Shown: piece by piece, positions 1 through 12,350 of the stretch
Layout of the letters: each line of letters starts with the position of its first letter
Numbering within the stretch: the first letter of the stretch is position 1
NCBI GenBank assembly: GCA_964270895.1
Contig: OZ185445.1
DNA length: 64,000 bases
Strand: one strand, 5' to 3'
From: Podarcis filfolensis
Lineage: Eukaryota
Notes under the pieces: generated by a model
What the model was told of the DNA's origin: nothing
What the model saw: the letters and a program-made list of their open reading frames with translations, nothing else
Databases searched by the model: none
Program-made: the position numbers and the translations under genes

Positions 1-627
1 TTACTGCGCCTTTTGCTGGCTGTGCCAGATGCCCGGGATCTCGGGGTCCTGAGCGCCAGAGCTGGGCCTCCTGCCTTGCTCTCTGGCGAGCTTGATCGAG
101 CCTTAGCGGCAGCCGCAGCAGCTCCAGCGAGGCAGCCGGCGCAGCAGCTTTGTGCGTGCGAGCGAGGGCGAGAGCAGCTGCAGACAGACGGCTGCTTAGC
201 ACGCAGGATTGGGGTGCGGAAGGGGGGCAGCTTGGCGGGGCTGGAAGAGGCAGCCCGGACCGAGCCGTCTTCCCGGCGATGATTATATAGCTTACAGAGA
301 TGTGACCAATTTTCAATTACTCGATCCGAGAGATCCCCAGACAAAGCAGGGCCTCCCCTTCTCCCTCTCTCTCTCCCCCCCCCCCCAAGATCGGAAATGG
401 AAGCGCGGCCGCCTTTCGTGCGAGCGACTCCAAATCCTCGCCTGGCTTTCTTGCACGCGCGCGCCTGGCCCGGTTTCTTGCACCCCGAAGCCCTTTTCCT
501 TTAGCTGAGGACGAGGCTGCGTGTGCTTGTCTTGGGCGGGGTGGGGGTGGGGAGGCTGGAGGGAGGAGAGAGAGAGAGAGAAAGTACTTGGGAGAAACGC
601 AATCCCTCCCGGCTGGCTGTATCTGCG

Positions 628-660
<33 letters not shown>

Positions 661-958
661 TGGGAGATGGTATATGTCAATGGGATGTAACAATAGGATT
701 CAGCAGCCGAGGCCTCCGTCCTTTCCTGGCTGATGGGGGGGGGGCAGGTTGCTGGCTGGCTGGGGAAAGATGGCTCCGGCTCCCCTCCCGGCTGCCTTTC
801 CGCGTCTTCCATTATTTATTTGCAAGGTGGAGGAAGCTGCACAAAGAGAGGGGGGGCGGAGGGGGCGTCCGGGGTCGCGGAGGCCGGGTTGCTGCTGCTC
901 CTGCTGCGCTTTTGGGGATGGGGAGAGTGGGGAGAGTTGTGGGCCTTGGTACCTCCCT

Positions 959-1342
<384 letters not shown>

Positions 1343-2310
1343 AGCACCTCCTGGGCTCCCCCGCTTAGAGACCCTGAGAGGAGGAGGAGGAGGAGGAAGG
1401 CCTCCAGCCCAGCCAGAGACCGGCCCAGACAACCACCACCTTGGGGGCGCAGCAGCCGGGTGGGGGGATCCGAGGAGAGAGAGAGGCAGAAAGAAAGGGG
1501 GGAGGAGGACAGAGAGAGAGAGATAGGAGCAGCCCCCTCAGACACTGCACGAAAGACTCGCTTAGGATCAGACCCCGGCTGAGAGAGGCGGTGATGATGA
1601 TGATGATAATGAAGGCGAAATGGACACCTCGTATTTTGTGGAACAAACCATTGACACTGAGATGGGAAACTTTAAACAAAAACCATTTTAAAAAAAGGAC
1701 CGAAGAGATTAAAACAAAAACTCCCCCCTAAAAAAAGAAGACTAGAACGGATTTCCCTGGATTTATGATGGATGGACTGAGGTGGATCTATCGTCTGTAC
1801 AGCAAGACAAAACACACAGTTTAAGAGACAGAACAAACAAACAAAAACCTGGAGCCGAATTGAACTGGTGGACGGGGTGAGGGAAAGAGGGAGGGGGACC
1901 CAAAGGCGAAACACTTTCCACGAACATTGTTCTTCATTTTGTAAGATATTAGTCTTTATTTTCACTTTTTTTGTAAAATTTAAAACATCGTATGCGCATA
2001 AAGGAGGCGAGAGGGGAGGAAAAAAAAACACCACAAGAAACAAACAAGAATTAGGGGAGGGGAAAAAATAACATTTTCCAAATAATTATTAAAAAAACAA
2101 CAAGGAATTGTTCTGTGTGTATGTATCTATATCTGTTTTGTATTTCTTTCTGGTTCCAAACCAGGCTTCCTGTGATTCTATACTAATAATTTTTTATATA
2201 ACCCTTTGCTTCTTATATTGAGTGCGATATATGTTGTCGAAGCTGTTCTTCAAGAATTAAAATTGAAGTGAGAATTTAAACAAAAATAAAAGAATTTAGA
2301 AAAAAAATAA
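1343..2310 (+). other. NR2F1: NR2F1 3'UTR (repeat-rich proximal part, AU-rich distal part)
   Basis: Follows the stop codon; the distal block (about 1900-2300) resembles the mammalian NR2F1 3'UTR end as recalled; end position inferred from the hexamer. Confidence 0.8.
2285..2290 (+). terminator. NR2F1 main polyadenylation signal AATAAA (ATTAAA also at 2256-2261)
   Basis: aaacaaaAATAAAagaatttag at the end of the AU-rich UTR block. Confidence 0.7.
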
Positions 2311-2620
2311 TTACAAAGGCAACCCAAGCGCAACATCCAACACAGATTCCCACGCCAATCCATGAGTTCTTGTTCCTTGAAGCAGACCTAAAGTTTGGGT
2401 TTGCGGGTGGTGGGTTTCTTTCCCGCCCCCCCAGGCTTTGTGCCTTATATAAGAGGTCCAAGGTGTGGGGTCTTTGTTCAAAAACAAATAAATACAGTGG
2501 TCATGCTGCTGGTCAGGTGCACACACCTCTCAGTATTCCCAAGCTGCCTGGTTTTAATGCGATTCTGGTGACTGATGCTGACGAAATGGAGGTGGGGGGA
2601 CAGTCAAGAGGAATTCCCTT

Positions 2621-2670
2621 AGGTTGCAACCCTACGTTCATTTAACTGGGAGGGAGTCCCATTAAACTTC
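2621..2670. mobile_element. Degenerate partial copy of a short palindromic squamate repeat (GGCTGCAATCCT...AGGATTGCAGCC type)
   Basis: aggttgcaaccctac...actgggagggagtcccattaaact aligns to the copies at 25961 and 28661. Confidence 0.45.
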
Positions 2671-3791
2671 TGCGTGAGCCTACTGGCCTTCTATGAGAAT
2701 AATCCGGAATAGAAAACAGGGCCAGCCCTACCACTAGATAGAGTAAGGAGGGTGACTCAGGCAGCTGATTTTTAGGTGCCTTGAAAGGACAGTGAATAGT
2801 TGTTGTTGTTTTTAATTTATTAGTATTATATTTTTGCTCCCAGCGAGAGGCGTTTGTGCTAGTTGGCTTTTTGTTTTTCTCGTTGGGTTTGCACCTTGGA
2901 TTAATTGAGAGGCGATCCATTTGCTGTTCTGCCTGTAATGCCTAATAAAGGTAAGGCGAAGTGAACTATTCTGCCTCGGGTGGCGAAATGTCTTTGGCCT
3001 GTCCTGAAAGTAAATTTCCACTCCTCTGGAGCGCTGTGTTGCCACGTCTGGACTGAAGCTCTTATTTCCCTTCCCCTCCCCTTACACTTTGTAAAGGTCT
3101 CTGTGTCAGGTGCGGGCAATTTCCTCCTGGTGCGGGTCTTTCCTACGGGCTGGTGAGTTTCCCCTGAGTTCTAAAGCCACCCTCAGAGAGAGGGAGGTGT
3201 ATATGTCTGGTCGTGTGTACTGATCCAAGGACAGGCGTGCGCCCCTATTCCCGTGGGCTCATGGAATCCTAAAGCTGTTAGTCTCCTTCAAATGACTGTC
3301 GGAGCAGCTTTCCAAAAACACCCCCCACACACACACACACACATCCCCCCCAACGTACCATTCGTTCTCCGAGTGGAGCCCCTTTTGAAGGTAAAGATTT
3401 TCCCAGAGCTTGGAGCTGGTCGCTGCAGATCTCTGTAACAGCTTTCAGTGCATTAATGTTTTATAGGATCTGAGACGGAGCTGTAAGAACACACACTGCC
3501 AAGGGAGCTCTTTCTTAACGTATTAATAAAGCCGGATCTTTAAAAATAACATTCGTGTGTGTCTCCCCCTCCATCGCCCCCCGCCTCACATTCTCCAGTT
3601 TCTCCCTCGCCCTCCAAACACATCCAGGATGAGGCAGGATTTTCAATTGGAGGAGTCACTGGCACTGTTTTTTCTGTTAATTTGCTGTCTACACTCCCCA
3701 GATTTTTTTTTTACTTTTTTATTTTGCATTAACAAGATCCTTCAGCCTAACCCGCTTGGGGTTTTTTAATATTCTAGACGCAGTAGATCCC

Positions 3792-3793
<2 letters not shown>

Positions 3794-3839
<46 letters not shown>
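3794..3839. repeat. (GA)n microsatellite
   Basis: Perfect dinucleotide run. Confidence 0.95.
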
Positions 3840-3842
<3 letters not shown>

Positions 3843-4743
3843 CATTTTCTGTATGGCGGGCACTTACAGCTGCATAATAACATTGCCAGCAGCTACAGTC
3901 TATGGACTAGTCAGTTTCAATAGGCAGGCTGTAAGAATGCACATTTTGGCTCTTAACTAGCCAGGACGAGCTCTGAAAAAACCAATGTAACTGCCAAAGC
4001 CGGAGGTAGCCCTGTTTTTGCCCAGACCGGGTAGGGAAAGGTCACCTCACGGCCCTGAGGACCAGACAGCCCTTGAAGATTTAGGCCCGGATAGGATTAG
4101 GATCCTTGCGAAAAGGCCGCAGAAAGTGTCCTCTTCGCACCAGAAGTAAATCTAAGCGCTGGTATGTTATGCACCCCTGGCGAAACCCGAGTAATGCTTC
4201 GTCTTTCCCACCCCACATTCATTTTCGACCTTCTGGGGAACGATGATATTAAATAATATTTTGTAACACAATAATGCCGGGAGTGGAGAAATGCTTCCAG
4301 ATCTAGACAAGGTGTAGGAAAGGAGGTTGATATTCTGGGCGCATTTTCCTTACTGACGAGCGCAACAAAGCCTGCCAGTTTCCTTTGGGAAGGGTGTTCA
4401 CTGTTCATATGATGCTTGGTGGAGATTTTCCGTTAGTTTGGCCCAACGATTTAACACGAATTAGGCTGTATAAAGCGCTAAAGAACTAACTGATGTTGTT
4501 GGACCCTACCCTACATATTATGATGAATCTGTTAGTCAATCTAAGGCTAAAAACCAATCCTTTCTCACATGGCGTTCTCTACATTAGACATGCCACCCAG
4601 TCACGAATCCGTTGCCCTTCTACAGAAATGGATGCTCTGTTGGGATACGCCTTCTTCTAGAGCCTGTTTGAGACCAGAATACTATCTGTCTACCGCTTTG
4701 TCATGATTCAACTGTTCCTCTTTGCTGCAGTTACAAGACCTTC

Positions 4744-4744
<1 letters not shown>

Positions 4745-4788
<44 letters not shown>
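4745..4788. repeat. (AAT)n microsatellite
   Basis: Perfect trinucleotide run. Confidence 0.95.
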
Positions 4789-4791
<3 letters not shown>

Positions 4792-5552
4792 GGCTAGGTC
4801 TCTCCCTCTTTCCCTTGTCTCATACGCACACTCTCTCACACAGGCATCCTAAGCAAACCTCACTCGCTTTTCGAAAGCGTTAGGCCACAATAAGCGTCGC
4901 CTTTTGCCTACTCTCAGGGTGGCTGACCTTCTTTTCTCCCACATCCCAGTTAAGTCTTTTCTAGTCAATCTAATTTTGGGGCCTCCTTGGCGATGGAGCT
5001 TGAGAATTGCAGAGATCCTAATGTACATAATAATTGTGAAATAATAATAATAAACAACTAGTTCTGCAATGTGGACATGTGGCTGCCTTGAAGTCTTCAG
5101 TCGCATTTAAAGAGAACAACCCCCCAAAAGCGGAGGTGCCCTGAGTGAGACGGATTTAGACCCACCACTGATGTTAATGGGACTGCACATTTGGTCAGGA
5201 ATGTTCATATATAAGAGCGGAATGTAGTGGCCTAAAACGATGTACTTGGAAGCGTCTTGTGTGTGGATCATCATCGCTCGCCCGGAAAGGAAAAGGGGTC
5301 TGGCAAGCCAGTTCCACTCCCATCATCTGTGAGGCTTGATTTAAACGTAAGGTGTTTGTGGGTCGCCTTTATGAAATGACTTCAGCCCAACTGGGCAGAC
5401 GACAGAGCCCTGACAGTTTTTTGACAAGGGAAGAGGGAATGTGTCTCAGGGCTTCACAGCGCTCTGGTTCACCTGCCAACGAATAACAGATTTGTTCCTT
5501 TTATAAGAATCTAGGAGCCACATGTGGATGTCTACCAAATTAGGTGAGAGAA

Positions 5553-5580
5553 GAAGGAAGGAAGGAAGGTAGGAAGGAAG

Positions 5581-5634
<54 letters not shown>
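5553..5634. repeat. (GGAA)n plus (GA)n compound microsatellite
   Basis: Direct reading of the sequence. Confidence 0.9.
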
Positions 5635-5636
<2 letters not shown>

Positions 5637-6444
5637 CTTTGTTGAGTCACGTTTAACGTCATGGAAGGGAGGGGGGAACGGTTAATAAATTTATTTCAAA
5701 CGCAGCTCTCCATGTAAGGATGCTCTGGCAGAGATCGATAATACCGAGAAAGCATTTTGGTCGAAAGCTTGAGGTTGTGGGCCATTCTCCTTGGGAAAAG
5801 GCAACTTGGGTTAACTCCTTTTCGTTCTAGACATCAATAAGAACATAGATCTGAATGCTTTAATCCGAAGTCACTCTTTTTGGCATAGATCCCTCTCTTT
5901 TAAATGTGCATGCGTGCGTGATGTGCAAGTCAAAGGGTTCGTTTTTTGCAAGCAAAACGTTCTCGGGGAGAGGGAGAGCTTAATATTTCTTTGAAGTGGT
6001 TGCAAAGTGTTGTAGATTCAAGCTGCTTTTAGAACCCTCCGCCAGCCAAAAAAAATTTAAAAAGGCAGAGGATGGGGGTCGGACAGAAGTTCCCCCCAGG
6101 AATTACGGGTGGCGTGAGAGAGAAAAAGAGAGAGAGATCCCTTCCCCGCCTCGTGAATCTTGAGAGAGACAGGCAGACAAACAGAGAGAAGAGAGACCTA
6201 CACCAGCTCCTCCCTAGTAATGAGAAGACCTTTTGGAGCTAAAGCTTCGGCCCGAAGCAGATTTGCCTGAAACTAGTAAGTCTCACTGACTCGTGGCGTG
6301 AGATTGCGGTGTTCCTTCTCCAGAGTGAAGTCTGAGTAAAAGAGAAGGGGCTTCTCTGCTGGTTGGGCTTCTAGACGAGGTAGGGGAGACCCAATACCTT
6401 TGGAGAAATGGATTCTGTCCCTATTCCTTCCCCCTCAAGTTTAC

Positions 6445-6496
<52 letters not shown>

Positions 6497-6497
6497 G
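6445..6497. repeat. (AAAG)n microsatellite
   Basis: Direct reading of the sequence. Confidence 0.95.
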
Positions 6498-6874
6498 AAG
6501 GCAATATCGTCCTGATGCTAGGGAAAAATCTTTTTTAAAAGAAAAATAATAATGCAGTCGGTTCATATTTTCTATTGGGTTTCTAGCGGGAAAGGCAGGC
6601 AGGCAGACAGAGCCAGCCCTGATAATTCTGGCAGATTTTCAAGTTTGCCATGTGGCTACTACACCTTTCGGAACCTGACAAGTTTTTGTCTCCTATTTCC
6701 TTTTTTTTTTTTTAACTAGTCAGTTGGTGCCTTGACGAGGCCTCCCTGCGGGGGTGGGAGGGAGGAATTGGGGAAAGATGAGGGCTCACAAGTGGAAACC
6801 AATAAAACTCTTGTTTAAAAGGGCTCGCTCAGGATCCACGCCGTTCCGGGGCTCTTTGACTCGGGGAGCCCGAG

Positions 6875-7065
6875 AGTTTTATTCCTAAATGAGTTAAAGA
6901 GCCATTTACCTCTGTCGTGTTCTATTCATCAAGCCGCGAGCCCTCGAACACGGCGGCTATTTGTTTGCTTACACAACCAGCTGGGCGCAATTTCACGTCT
7001 GAGATATCTATCTGAAAGCGCCTCTAATTTATTATCCTTACTTGTCACCGAATCCATTTTCAAAG
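6875..7065. promoter_or_regulatory. Candidate conserved non-coding element
   Basis: Repeat-free, complex stretch with FOX-type TATTTGTTTGC and homeodomain TAATTTATT motifs in a known developmental regulatory landscape; no alignment available. Confidence 0.3.
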
Positions 7066-8604
7066 TTGGGTTGTGTGGCTTTTAAAAGAGAGAGAGAAGA
7101 AACCATTGAGGATTCTGGACTTAAAATATGCTCCCTCAGTGCCCTCCTCCCAATTCTTTTCTCCCCACCCCGCGAGCACATCACATAGAAGAGTCAGCAC
7201 AAAACAGCTGGAAAGGAAGGAGAAATTTGCAGAGAAGCTGGAAGGAAGGCAAGGTGACTCTCTCTCTCTCTCTCTCCAGAACTGCCTCTCTTCCGAGCTG
7301 CGTCACGTTCTCCGCTCCCCTCTCGCCTTCCACCCACTCTGAGGCTTGGAAATTGGCGGAAGCCCCTCCAAGGACTTCAGCCGGACTCTCAGCCTCTTTT
7401 ACCCCGCTGCCTTCCATGGCAAGCCCTTCCCACGGAGACGGCAATCGCGAGCACTCCGAATGAGCTCCATTGAGCGGGATGGGGATGGCTTTGCCAGTCA
7501 TTCTGCCTACAACACAGGGCTTCAGACGCGCACCTAGCGTTGCACCCTTGTCAAGGTTGCATAAACAAGCGGAATAAATGGGCTGGGAGTCTCCAGTGGG
7601 CCATGCTGGCAGAACGGGTAAAGGAAGGAGGGACTTGCTAGATCGACTAGGGGCGTCCGCATGGGCACCTTTGTTCCTCTGGTGCCAAGGGCAGCCACCT
7701 GTAGAGGGATCCAAGGGAGATGAACGTGAATGGGGAGTAGGGCTGGCAGATGCCCTGAGGGTCCCCATCCTTTGTCTGATCATGCCGGAGCAATTCGGTG
7801 TTGGGTCAAATTTCTGGGTATGGTGAATTTCACCGGAAGGCCCCGATCTGGTTGGCTGCCATACATTTGAAAATAAGTGTTGCCCGCCTTGCTCAGAAGC
7901 ACATCCTGCTAAATGCCGCGGGATCTACTCCCAAGTAAGACTGAGATGCATTGCAGCCCTAAGGACCGACGCATCTTCTCACGACTAAGAAGGGGGTGGA
8001 ATGCATTTTGCCTGTGTGTGGTGGGGGGAGATGGCTGGTCTCTTCTCTCCCCACCCCCAACCCCCCTCAAGTGGTTTGCATTAGAATCACAAAGCCATAA
8101 CATGGAAAGGAGCAAATCGGTTTATACATATAATTGCAAGGAAAGAAAGCAATTAACAGAGAGGACAGTGGGAAATTAGATCTCCTCCCCACCCCCATTA
8201 CAAAAAACGGGATAGCGTTGAGCAGCCTTTAAGCAGCCCAGCCAGGCTGACAAGCGAATCCCTGGAAGAAACAGCAAGCGGGGTTGCACAATCGTGTATC
8301 TACAACCTCTTGGCTGCAGAGCCCACCATCAAGCTTCAAACAGAGGATCCCGTTGAAAACTACTGGGTGTAAAACGGGCCCCGTTTGTTGTGGAAAGCGG
8401 AGGAGAGGGCAAGAGGCAGAGCGAACTTCTTGAAGGCAGAGCAGCTTGGCTGCTGGGAGATATCCTTGTGTGTTGATTTAGGAAGACATTTGCTGTATAT
8501 AACGTTTAAGGCTGATAATATCATTGCTCGGGCAGATAAATAAAGCACTGGCCAAACCGTGGGGTCAGCTATCGATCCCTCTGTTTAGAGAAGGAGGTAG
8601 GAAC

Positions 8605-8605
<1 letters not shown>

Positions 8606-8644
<39 letters not shown>
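8606..8644. repeat. (CT)n microsatellite
   Basis: Perfect dinucleotide run. Confidence 0.95.
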
Positions 8645-8650
<6 letters not shown>

Positions 8651-9071
8651 CTCTCCCTCCCCCGCCCCCTCTCTCTGTGTCAGAGCAAAAAAAAAAGACC
8701 GAAGCTCGGATAGCTATGGAGGAGTGAACAATTACAACATGGTAATTTGTGATTCGGTCTCGCCGGTGGAGCCCAAAGAGCCACCCTGTCTGGAACAGTC
8801 ATAACCAGTTAGAGGAAAACCCTTGGGATTCCAGCCGACGCGAGCCGTTTGGTGGAGTGGCACTCAGACTGCTTCCACGCAAACCTTTCCTATGTCACCC
8901 CAGGGGGGAAGGAACGAGGAATAAAGCCTGAGTAGTATTGTATGTGCCTATGTTGTGTATGTTTAAGGATTGTGTTCTTGAGTACATAAGATCCAGGGAT
9001 GGGTGTGTAGCTGGTGGACGTGAGTGCAAAAAACCAAGCAAGTGCCCTAGGAGTGAGAGCGAAACAACCAT

Positions 9072-9075
<4 letters not shown>

Positions 9076-9113
<38 letters not shown>
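9076..9113. repeat. (GA)n microsatellite
   Basis: Perfect dinucleotide run. Confidence 0.95.
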
Positions 9114-9116
<3 letters not shown>

Positions 9117-10199
9117 TGACGTGACTATGCGAGAGATCTGCAGCCTTCAGCCCCTCTGCAATGGCTGATTAGCATTCCTCGCCTGCCCCTGGACCTGAGC
9201 TGACAACTAACAGAGATATCCAGCTCACCACTAGGCCTCCTCTCCTTTTGTCTTCAGCTGTCTAGGAGAGAAACAGGCTTCTCCGCGGGCCCCGCACACA
9301 CTAAACGGCCCCCTGATCCTGGGGCTGCCGAGGATCCCACCCAGTCCAGTCAGATCGCCTCAGCATCAGACCCGCCCCCGCTCCTTCGCCTCCCCGCTTG
9401 CGCCAGCTGCCCCCGCCTCTGGCCAGCCTGCGCCCGCTTTGCAGATCTGCGCCAAAGGCTGGGAAAGTTAACTTGCTGCGACTTTCCTGACGCGTATGCG
9501 GCCCGAGAGGACGTTTCTGCATCGCACACCGGCCCTTCTCTCTCTCTTTCTTTTTGAAGCTTTTAAAGCGATCGTATTCCAAGAGAGGAAAGAGGAGGAT
9601 CTTATTCTTTCGCTGCAAGATAAAACCTTATTGTTAAGAAGGTTGCGGTGGGCTGGGGGCTGGGGGGGGCAACAGCAGCTCATGTCACTGGTGTTTCTTT
9701 TGGCCTTTGTCGCTGTGCCATTGAGACACGTTTATACCCCCCCATCTCGAAACGGTTTATAAAGAGCTAAGAAAGGGGAGCGGCTGAGAGGAGGACGGTG
9801 GCCTAGGGTGGAGAGGGGAGAGGGGGCTTTAATCCGAAGGCCAGAAAGACCTTTCAGGTCAAACTTCCCCGTTTGGTTTGGTCTTAGATCCATTTTAGGA
9901 ACTTTCTAGGATTAAACACTCACATAAAAGCGGGGTGGGAGGGGTAGGGGGCGGGAGGTTAGAGACAAAGATCCCTGCATCGACCAACACAGACCCTCAC
10001 AAAACTAGTCAGTTTCTCCTCGCAGCAAAAGCTTACAAATTAGCTCATGTTGACAGATGTTTGTCACTTAGTAACTTCTCTCCCAGTCCCCCCCCCGCAC
10101 TATTTCCCCTCTTCTCTCGCTCTCTCGCCCCCCCCCCCCGCAATCCCTTCTTTGGGGGCTCGCTTTGTTGTTTTTAAAATATGCAGGCCTCTCAGGAAT

Positions 10200-11640
10200 G
10201 CCAGTCACGAGTCCAAACTTTGTGTCCAGCCTCCCTCGCGAAATGACCCTTTTATAGGGATCCCGATATGTCTCAATCTGCACTTCGCTCCGAGGCCGGG
10301 CTCCCTGCTTCCAAGCGCGGCAGCAGAAGCGCGCGGCTACCTCAGCAGGGAGGCCAGCAGACGCGTCCCCAGGAAGACGCTCTCCAGGGGATGGGACGGA
10401 ACTGCAGCCCTCCTTCTTGCAGAAGGTGCCAAAGGACAGCGGAGCCTGGGAAAAAGAAGGGAGGGGGCAGGGAGAGAGGGGGCAAATGAAGAAGAGAGAA
10501 AGTTTTATTTCTCTTCTGGTCGCTATGATTGGCCTATGACTACCCGAGCAAGCCTTTGCAGCCCAGGCGGAGTGGCCTGGGGAGGCAGTGCTTGAGGAAA
10601 GGAAGAGAAGAAGGAACAGCCGAAGGAAAGGCTCCGCTTTCAAAGTAAGTGGTTAATGGGATACTGATCAGGGGTGGCTGGGGCGGGGGTGGGGGGTGTC
10701 CTGGCTGTGAGCGATTGGCGAGCCAGCTAGGGCCGCACACCCTCAGCTCACAGGGATGCTTTGCAAGGCGGAGGAGGGCCAAGTGGGGAAGGAGGCGGGT
10801 CTGACACCAGCGACCCTGCTGACAGAAATATGGGGCCAAAGGAAGGCGGTGAGGGTGAGAGATGCGGTGACAAGTCAGATGAGCACCCTCCTGTGCGCAA
10901 GAGAGAGGGAGAGAGAGATGCAGTTCATCTGCTACAGGTCTCTGCGTGGGTCAGGTTCACCCGGAAGGGTTTGTTTAATACATTTTCTCCCCCCCCCCAT
11001 CCCCACCACCTGTTTTCCCTCCTTTTTGCCGCGTGCTCTTAAATCGCGCCAAGCATTGCAGTGGTGGGGGGGTAATAGATATCCCAGCTTAAACAAGGAT
11101 GGAGGGAACGGAGAGATAAGCGCAAAGGGCTAATTTCCGATTATTATTATTGAGTTGTTACTCTTGCTGCTGCTGCTGCTCCAAGCAAAACTTCCCAACT
11201 GTAGAGCCCAGCAGGCAAGAAGCTTCTCTCTCTGCCTCCCCCGCGCCCTCCCCCGCGCTCCCGGTTCCTCTCCTGCGCGATGGGGAGTGACGTCACCCGG
11301 GCCCCGACCTATCCGTCTCCGCGACCAAGGGAAGGGGGTGGAGCTCTTCCCTGCTCGCTCCTGCGCTTGGGACCACCTCCCAGCAGCAGGAGGCGAAGCG
11401 GCGCTTGGCGCGCGTGGAGAGGTTCCTCGGGCTGCTCCGGGGCGGCAACTCGCTTGCTTGCTTGCTTGCTCGGCGGGTCCCGAGATCACCAGTCACAGAC
11501 CATCGTCCAAGTTTAGCTATAGGCCGGGGAGCCAAAGGGAGGGGGGAGCCTGCAGGCCCGGTGCGCTTCTAGGAAGCTGCGGATGGCTCCGTTCGCTGCT
11601 GTCTCTACCGCTTCTCTTGCGCACCAGATGGCTTGCCATT
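10200..11640. promoter_or_regulatory. CpG-island-like, promoter/enhancer-like region with a palindromic CRE (TGACGTCA 11288-11295)
   Basis: Dense CpG/CGCG; GTGACGTCAC palindrome; reversed CCAAT boxes (GATTGG) near 10525 and 10714. Confidence 0.45.
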
Positions 11641-12129
11641 GTGTTGCCCCAGCCGGCGAGATCCTGCATTTAAAAAGGGAAAAAGAGGGGAGCGGGGAGG
11701 AAGAGGCCAGAGAGAGAGAGAGAAAGAGTAAGAGAGAAAGAGAAAGAGAGAAAGAGAGAGAGAGTCCTGTTATTATTTTTGTAACAATCACACCAAACCA
11801 TTTTGACTACCATTTTGACTGACCCTGGTTTTTTCTTCTTCCAATTTTGAACCATAAAGAGACATATATATTTAAAACCAACCCTGGCCACAGTTTCTTA
11901 AGGGAGGCACGGTGGCCCTCGCTCATAGCTCCTTCCACGTGGGGTGTGGGGAGTGGGGATATGTCGGGCAAGGAATCTGGATGCGTCCCCGGGGATCTAA
12001 GGGTGCAGTCCTAACCTTTCCAAGCCGCAGCGAACTTGGACCGGTGGGAATTAACTTCAGTAGAAGGCCAACTGGCTGGCTAGAGAGCCCCCGTCTCCCC
12101 TCCCCTCCCGGCCCGCCCCTCCTCCGCAG

Positions 12130-12350
12130 ACTCCAATGGCATTTATTTCTCACTCAGGATTATCGCCTAATAGTCAGAAGCACAGACGTGCGCATAAAAA
12201 AAATCCAGGCATGTTTATTCATTCTATTTGATCAATCTCTGGGTGTCTGTTTATTAAACTTCCACCGATTTTACGTTTGGTGTTTCCTGATGGCAAACAT
12301 TGTCGAATGATAAATATTGCATACAGTTAATTGTGATGCCAGGGAAAGCT
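12130..12350. promoter_or_regulatory. Candidate conserved non-coding element
   Basis: AT-richer complex island within GC-rich DNA, with TTTATT, TAATTG and CATTGT motifs. Confidence 0.3.

Noticed and set aside
7181-7783. 200-aa minus-strand ORF
   Set aside because: No recognisable domain; includes a translated (GA)n; long open frames are expected in GC-rich DNA
10047-11673. Several overlapping 170-190 aa ORFs in the CpG island
   Set aside because: Occur on both strands, Pro/Arg/Ala/Gly-rich, no homology; stop-codon depletion explains them
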